Shown: positions 59,371 through 64,000 of the stretch, in pieces | Layout of the letters: each line of letters starts with the position of its first letter | Position numbering within the stretch: the stretch's first letter is position 1 | Assembly (NCBI GenBank): GCA_039584255.1 | Contig: JBDGYE010000008.1 | Coordinates: forward strand, 4,188 to 68,187 | From: Gemmatimonadota bacterium | GTDB lineage: Bacteria > Gemmatimonadota > Gemmatimonadetes > Palauibacterales > Palauibacteraceae | Direction of reading: 5' to 3' | DNA: 64,000 nt | Program-made: the position numbers and the translations under genes | The notes under the pieces: generated by a model | What the model was told of the DNA's origin: nothing | Seen by the model: the letters and a program-made list of their open reading frames with translations, nothing else | Database searches by the model: none

Positions 59371-59872
59371 TCGCCCTCTGCAGGTGGCGCCGAAACAGTC
59401 CGAGCACCGCCGTGACCGCCTCGCGACGGACCCGGGCCCGATTTCCCGTGAAGCGGTGAAGCTCGGTTCCCGACGTCGGCCCGTCGACTGCGATCCAGAC
59501 GGTTCCCACCGGCTTCTCCGGACTCCCTCCGGTCGGGCCGGCTACTCCCGTCACGCCGAGGCCCCAATCGGTGCCGGCTACCCTGCGGATTCCCGCTGCC
59601 ATCCGTGCTGCGACTTCCTCGGACACCGCACCGCAGCGGCGGATCAGATTCTCGTCTATCCCGAGGAGCTGCTGCTTGGCGTGGTCGGCGTACGCGATGG
59701 CGCCGCCCCAGAACCGCGAGGAGGCGCCCGGAACTGTTGTCAGCTCCATCCCGAGCCAGCCGCCGGTGCAGCTCTCCGCCACCGACACGGTCTCGCCCGC
59801 GGCATCCAGGAGCTCCATCACGACGTGGGGCAGCGGGGTAGAGCTCCGGGGCTCTTCTCCCGTCGCGGTCAT
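59363..59872 (-). CDS. CinA C-terminal/PncC nicotinamide-mononucleotide deamidase
   Basis: AESCTGG, GASS, GAVSEEVA, TGVAGPTGG, KPVGTV; no N-terminal MocF domain. Confidence 0.9.
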   Translation of the reverse strand: MTATGEEPRSSTPLPHVVMELLDAAGETVSVAESCTGGWLGMELTTVPGASSRFWGGAIAYADHAKQQLLGIDENLIRRCGAVSEEVAARMAAGIRRVAGTDWGLGVTGVAGPTGGSPEKPVGTVWIAVDGPTSGTELHRFTGNRARVRREAVTAVLGLFRRHLQRANA

Positions 59873-60510
59873 GCCTCGTCCGCCCAGAGCAGCCGCCGGA
59901 AGGCGACCAGGTACACAACCAGAGAGACCACCGTGAGCGTCAGGGCCACTATGAGGCTCACGGCAGTGAACCAGCCGTGCAGGTCGTTCCAGAATCGATT
60001 GAACCCGCCGGACCAGCCGCGCTCCGCGGCAGCCGTGCGGTATGCGAGCCACAGGATCATGGATCCGATGAACACATTTTGAGCCAGAGCCTTCCTCTTT
60101 CCCGCCACCCGGGCCGGAACCACCGCCCCTCTGCGCGCCGCCTGGGTTCTGAGGGCCGTGATCAGGAGCTCGCGGCCGAAAAAGACGATCAGGACCCAGA
60201 GCGCGATCCGGTTGAACACCGGGAGCCCGGCCAGCTCCGGGTGCCGGAGCGTCAGGACGTAGAACGGAATAAGCGTCGCCACGAGCAAGAGCTTGTCGGC
60301 GATGGGATCGACCAGCTTCCCGAAGTCCGTGACCTCGCCCCGGCGCCTCGCCAGCATCCCGTCCAACACGTCCGACAGGGCGGCGACCAGGAATACGACG
60401 AACCCCAGCGCGCGCAGGGATGAGCTGGGCTGGAACAGGAGTATCAGAACGACGGGCGCCAGCAGGACCCGGAGCGTCGTGATCGCGTTGGGGAGGTTAA
60501 CGCTCAGCAT
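59869..60510 (-). CDS. pgsA: CDP-diacylglycerol--glycerol-3-phosphate 3-phosphatidyltransferase
   Basis: NLPNAIT, DVLDGMLARR, FGKLVDPIADK. Confidence 0.88.
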   Translation of the reverse strand: MLSVNLPNAITTLRVLLAPVVLILLFQPSSSLRALGFVVFLVAALSDVLDGMLARRRGEVTDFGKLVDPIADKLLLVATLIPFYVLTLRHPELAGLPVFNRIALWVLIVFFGRELLITALRTQAARRGAVVPARVAGKRKALAQNVFIGSMILWLAYRTAAAERGWSGGFNRFWNDLHGWFTAVSLIVALTLTVVSLVVYLVAFRRLLWADEA

Positions 60511-60522
60511 CGGCCCCGCGGA

Positions 60523-61101
60523 TCAGCCAAGAGCCGTGATGACCTGCTTCGAGATCGCCGTAAGCGTCTCGAGTACCCCGCGCCCGTTGATCGCCACGGC
60601 CTCGTAGGCCGGCAGGCCACCCGGGTTGAGGGCAGCCTCCAACTCGTTAACCGAAAGCGCTCCCGCAAGATCGCGCTTGTTGTACTGCACCACGCAAGGA
60701 AGGGCTGAGATATCGACTCCGATTGCCGCCAGGTTCTGTTCCAGGTTGTGGAGCGATTCAGCGTTGGCGTCGAGTCGGTCCGCGCTGCTGTCCGCCACGA
60801 AGATGATGCCGTCCACACCGCGCAGCACCACCAGACGGGTATCGTTGGAGCGGACCTGACCCGGTACCGTGAAGAGGTGGAATCGGGTGCGGTACTCCCC
60901 CACCATACCCATGTCCACGGCCACGAAGTCGAAGAACAGGGTCTTGTCGCCGTCGGTGGTGGGGGCGATGAGCTCGCTTCGGGTCGCCGGATCCAGGCGG
61001 CCGTGCACGTACCTCAGATTGGTCGTCTTCCCGCTCGCCGCAGGGCCGTAGTAAACGACCTTGCAGTCGATCTCGCGGGCGTTGGGTTTCGTGGTGGGCA
61101 T
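60523..61101 (-). CDS. mglA: MglA-family small Ras-like GTPase
   Basis: REIDCKVVYYGPAASGKTTN, TLFFDF, TVPGQV, GVDGIIFVADS, QYNKRD, EAVA. Confidence 0.88.
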   Translation of the reverse strand: MPTTKPNAREIDCKVVYYGPAASGKTTNLRYVHGRLDPATRSELIAPTTDGDKTLFFDFVAVDMGMVGEYRTRFHLFTVPGQVRSNDTRLVVLRGVDGIIFVADSSADRLDANAESLHNLEQNLAAIGVDISALPCVVQYNKRDLAGALSVNELEAALNPGGLPAYEAVAINGRGVLETLTAISKQVITALG

Positions 61102-61107
61102 TCCTAC

Positions 61108-61452
61108 CTACGCGCCCTCGACGCTTTCCGCGGCCGCCAGTTCCTTCTCCATGTGGGCGAGTACGGCCGAAGCGCGCTTCTGGAGCATCGGCCGCTCCTC
61201 CCAGGCCAGGTAGTCCCTGAGCAGCAGGACATTGTCCACCGCCGGACGCGACCGCAGATATCCCAGGGCCGCCAGACGCCGGAGCGGATGCGGGCTGAAC
61301 AGATCCTTCTGATGGCGCGTCATCTGGTCGCGGGCAACGAGCACGCCCAGTCCTCCGAGCGCGGCGACGCCCACAAGTCCGGCCAGGGCGTATCCGACCA
61401 CGCGCCACCCGATCCTCAAGTCCTCGCGCACTATGATCACTTTTTCCGCCAT
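61108..61452 (-). CDS. single-TM hypothetical protein with helical (HEAT-like) C-domain
   Basis: TM, then DLFSPHPLRRLAALGYL...LLRDYLAWE; ATG abuts recR stop. Confidence 0.75.
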   Translation of the reverse strand: MAEKVIIVREDLRIGWRVVGYALAGLVGVAALGGLGVLVARDQMTRHQKDLFSPHPLRRLAALGYLRSRPAVDNVLLLRDYLAWEERPMLQKRASAVLAHMEKELAAAESVEGA

Positions 61453-62040
61453 TCACATCTCCCGCCGCCCCGTAAAGGCTTCGGCTATGGTGACTCCGTC
61501 TGCATACTCCAAATCGCCACCTACCGGCAGACCGCGTGCCAGACGCGTTACCTTCAAGCCATCCAGGCCCGCCACGAGCCGGTAAAGATAGGTAGCGGTC
61601 GCCTCGCCCTCGACGCTCGGGTTGGTGGCGATGATGAGCTCGTCCACTCCGTCCTCGAGCCTGCGCACGAGTGAAGCGACATTGAGCTCGTCCGGGCCGA
61701 CCCCGTCCAGCGGTGACAGGCGTCCACCGAGCACATGGTACAGGCCCCGGTACTGGCCTGACTTCTCAATGGCGGCGATGTCCGAGGCCTCTTCTACGAC
61801 GCAGAGCTGCCGAGGATCGCGCCTCGGATTGATGCAGAACTCGCAGGGATCCTCGCTGCTGAGGTTCCCGCACTGCCGGCACGGTCTCACCTCGTCCACG
61901 ACCTTTTCGATGGCTCGGGCGAGCCGCCGCGCCTCATCCTGCCGTGACTTGAGCAGGTGATACGTGAGGCGCTGCGCTGTCTTGCGCCCGATTCCCGGCA
62001 GCCTGCCGAACTCCGCGACCAGCGTCTCGATAGCCGACAC
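61453..62040 (-). CDS. recR: recombination mediator RecR
   Basis: LPGIGRKTAQRL, C4 zinc finger, YHVLGG, EGEATA, GLPVGGDLEY. Confidence 0.97.
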   Translation of the reverse strand: MSAIETLVAEFGRLPGIGRKTAQRLTYHLLKSRQDEARRLARAIEKVVDEVRPCRQCGNLSSEDPCEFCINPRRDPRQLCVVEEASDIAAIEKSGQYRGLYHVLGGRLSPLDGVGPDELNVASLVRRLEDGVDELIIATNPSVEGEATATYLYRLVAGLDGLKVTRLARGLPVGGDLEYADGVTIAEAFTGRREM

Positions 62041-62060
62041 GTTCGATCCGCCGCCCGTGA

Positions 62061-62396
62061 TCAACCGCCGAGAAGGGAGCCGAGGTCGGGAAGAGGCATC
62101 CCACCCGTTGCCTGGCGCATCTCCGCCTCCAGCTTCTCGCGGGCTCTGGTCTGGGCCTGGGAGATGGCGGCCAGGATGAGATCCTCCAGCATCTCCACGT
62201 CCGACGGATCCACGGCCGTCGGATCGATCCGGAGGCTGCGGACGATTCCCTTCCCGTTCGTCGTTGCCTCCACCAGGCCGCCCCCGGCCGCTGCCGTGTA
62301 CTCCTCCTCCTCGAGGCGCTTCTGCAGTTCGGCCAGGCGGCTCTGCATCTGCTGTCCCAGCTGGAAGAGCTGCTGGAGCTGGTCTAGGTTCTCCAC
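62061..62396 (-). CDS. ybaB: YbaB/EbfC nucleoid-associated protein
   Basis: AGGGLV, IDP, DVEMLEDLILAA; between dnaX and recR. Confidence 0.93.
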   Translation of the reverse strand: MENLDQLQQLFQLGQQMQSRLAELQKRLEEEEYTAAAGGGLVEATTNGKGIVRSLRIDPTAVDPSDVEMLEDLILAAISQAQTRAREKLEAEMRQATGGMPLPDLGSLLGG

Positions 62397-62402
62397 CCCG
62401 TA

Positions 62403-64000
62403 TTACTCCTTCAGCTTCAGGTCCAGTGTTTCTACCGCCTCCCTGAGGCGGGGATCCGCTTCCATGAGGGTCTCCAGTCGCTGGTCGCGAGCTATCTCCC
62501 CCGTGATTCGCTGCCTCGGCCCCCGGTCGTCCACCTGAAAGCGCAGGGCCTGGCCGTCCAGTCCGAGCCGTCTCGACAGCTCGAGCCTGAAGGCCGCGGA
62601 GCGCCTCAGATCGTCGAGGAACGCCTTGAGATCAAGCGCGAGTCCGGGCGGCACTCGAAGGCTCAGAGTCGTGCCGTCCATCCCTTCGACGGTGACTCCC
62701 TTCAGCCCCAGCAGCACTCCCCCAAGACCCTTTCCCTGTGCGGCCGAGATCGCCTCCATCCAGACGGACCGAAGACCAGCCGGGTCCGCCGACCCGGGCT
62801 CCTCCCCCGCGGGCCGCCCGGCTTCCGATCCCACGGACCCCGCAGCCTCCGGCGGAGGCCCTTCCGCTCCCAGCCTGGCTTTTCCAGAGCGCACGTCGCG
62901 GGATCCCGGTGCGGCCGCCTCGAGGCCGGCTGCGGAGCCCGACTCTCCTGCAGGCCGCCCACCTCCTCCCTGCTGTCGGCGGGCCGGCTCCGTTCCTTCG
63001 CCACCGAGGGCGTCCAGCAGTTCGCGGAGCGCCAGGCTGGAGTCCATGCTGGCGAGTCGCAGGAGAAGCACTTCGACCTGGATCCTCGGCTGGTCGCTGC
63101 GGCGGAATCTGCCTGCCGCCTCGAAATCCGCAGTCGCCACCAGCATCCGGAGAAGGTCCTCCTCCGGAAAGTCGCCGCCGGCCTCTGCGAAGCTCCTTCG
63201 CGAGTCCGCTGCGAGCTCCGAGGCGCCGCCTTCCGGGTCCATTCGCAGGGCCAGCAGCATCCGAAGCGCCTCGCCCAGTCCCCGTACGAACTCGGCCAGG
63301 TCGTAGCCTTCGTCCAGCAGCGACTGGACGAACGGGAAGACCGCCGCCCTGTCGCCGCGAGCGAAGATAGCGAAGAGCTCCAGGTACTTCTCGTCCTCGA
63401 CTAGCCCCAGCATCCGCCGTACGTCCTGTACCGTGACGGCGTCACCGGAGAACGAGAGCACCTGGTCCATGAGTGACAGAGCGTCGCGCACTCCGCCTTC
63501 GGCCCGACGGGCAATGGGCAGCAAGGCCGCTTCATCTGTCGTCACTCCCTCCAGGCGGGCCACGTCGTGAAGCCGTGTCATGAGATCGTGGACCGACACA
63601 CGCCGGAAGTCGAAGCGTTGGACCCGAGAAAGGACCGGAGATGCGCTCTGCCTTATCCGCTGCGGATCGGTTGTGGCAAACACGAAGATCACCCGGGGAG
63701 GCGGCTCCTCGAGGATCTTGAGAAGGGCGTTCCACGCCTCCCGCGTCAGCATGTGCGCCTCGTCGACGATGTACACCTTGTAACGGTCTTCGTCCGAGGG
63801 CGCGTACATGGCACGCTCTCTGAGGTCGCGGGCGTCGTCCACGCCCCGGTTGCTGGCCGCGTCGATCTCCACCACGTCCAGCGAGGTGCGGCCCGACCAG
63901 ATGCTCTCACACGAATGGCAGGTGCCGCACGGCTCGCCACCAGAGCGATCCGGGCAGTTCAACGCCATGGCCAGAACACGGGCTGCCGTGGTCTTGCCTA
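62403..64000 (-). CDS. dnaX: DNA polymerase III subunit gamma/tau (5' end off window)
   Basis: GKTTAAR at the window edge, LNC..PCGTCHSC, EIDAASNRG, DEAHML, NALLKILEEP, RDALS. Confidence 0.97.
   Translation of the reverse strand, partial: GKTTAARVLAMALNCPDRSGGEPCGTCHSCESIWSGRTSLDVVEIDAASNRGVDDARDLRERAMYAPSDEDRYKVYIVDEAHMLTREAWNALLKILEEPPPRVIFVFATTDPQRIRQSASPVLSRVQRFDFRRVSVHDLMTRLHDVARLEGVTTDEAALLPIARRAEGGVRDALSLMDQVLSFSGDAVTVQDVRRMLGLVEDEKYLELFAIFARGDRAAVFPFVQSLLDEGYDLAEFVRGLGEALRMLLALRMDPEGGASELAADSRRSFAEAGGDFPEEDLLRMLVATADFEAAGRFRRSDQPRIQVEVLLLRLASMDSSLALRELLDALGGEGTEPARRQQGGGGRPAGESGSAAGLEAAAPGSRDVRSGKARLGAEGPPPEAAGSVGSEAGRPAGEEPGSADPAGLRSVWMEAISAAQGKGLGGVLLGLKGVTVEGMDGTTLSLRVPPGLALDLKAFLDDLRRSAAFRLELSRRLGLDGQALRFQVDDRGPRQRITGEIARDQRLETLMEADPRLREAVETLDLKLKE

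Noticed and set aside
62403-63100. dnaX gamma/tau frameshift site
   Set aside because: No A-AAA-AAG or long A-run seen in the linker region.

Overview
High-GC, gene-dense bacterial core-genome segment. Gene content and order suggest a diderm of the FCB group, most like Gemmatimonadota (inference). Positions 1-38.8 kb lie almost entirely on the minus strand. They carry the dcw cluster (mraZ-rsmH-ftsL-ftsI-murE-murF-mraY-murD-ftsW-murG-murC, with MraZ boxes), a secreted TPR protein, tRNA-Val(TAC), yggS-divIVA-ileS-dksA-like-lspA-rluD, exbB-exbD-exbD-tonB, tilS-hpt-ftsH-folP-cdaA, rplM-rpsI-rpsB-tsf-pyrH-frr, a sigma-70 factor, lepB and thpR. A mixed-orientation block at 39-56.7 kb holds PTPS-pabB-pabA, comM, an iodotyrosine-deiodinase-like flavoprotein, EamA, an SDR, a creatininase-like gene, a Yip1 + MacAB/YknXYZ-like ABC system and bshB1-iscS-mnmA. 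The window ends with dnaX-ybaB-recR-orf-mglA-pgsA-cinA-hydrolase-grpE-dnaJ on the minus strand. No CRISPR array, prophage, integrase or transposase was seen. The main anomalies are: an MglA GTPase with natural G21A and R53K substitutions and no adjacent MglB; a tRNA whose 5' end contains the stop codon of an apparently leaderless upstream gene; a frameshifting deletion in a GVHH-type ileS; a CExxHGH PTPS next to pabAB; and a terminator-like hairpin in the rplM leader. All calls come from reading the sequence and recalled family motifs; no searches were run.
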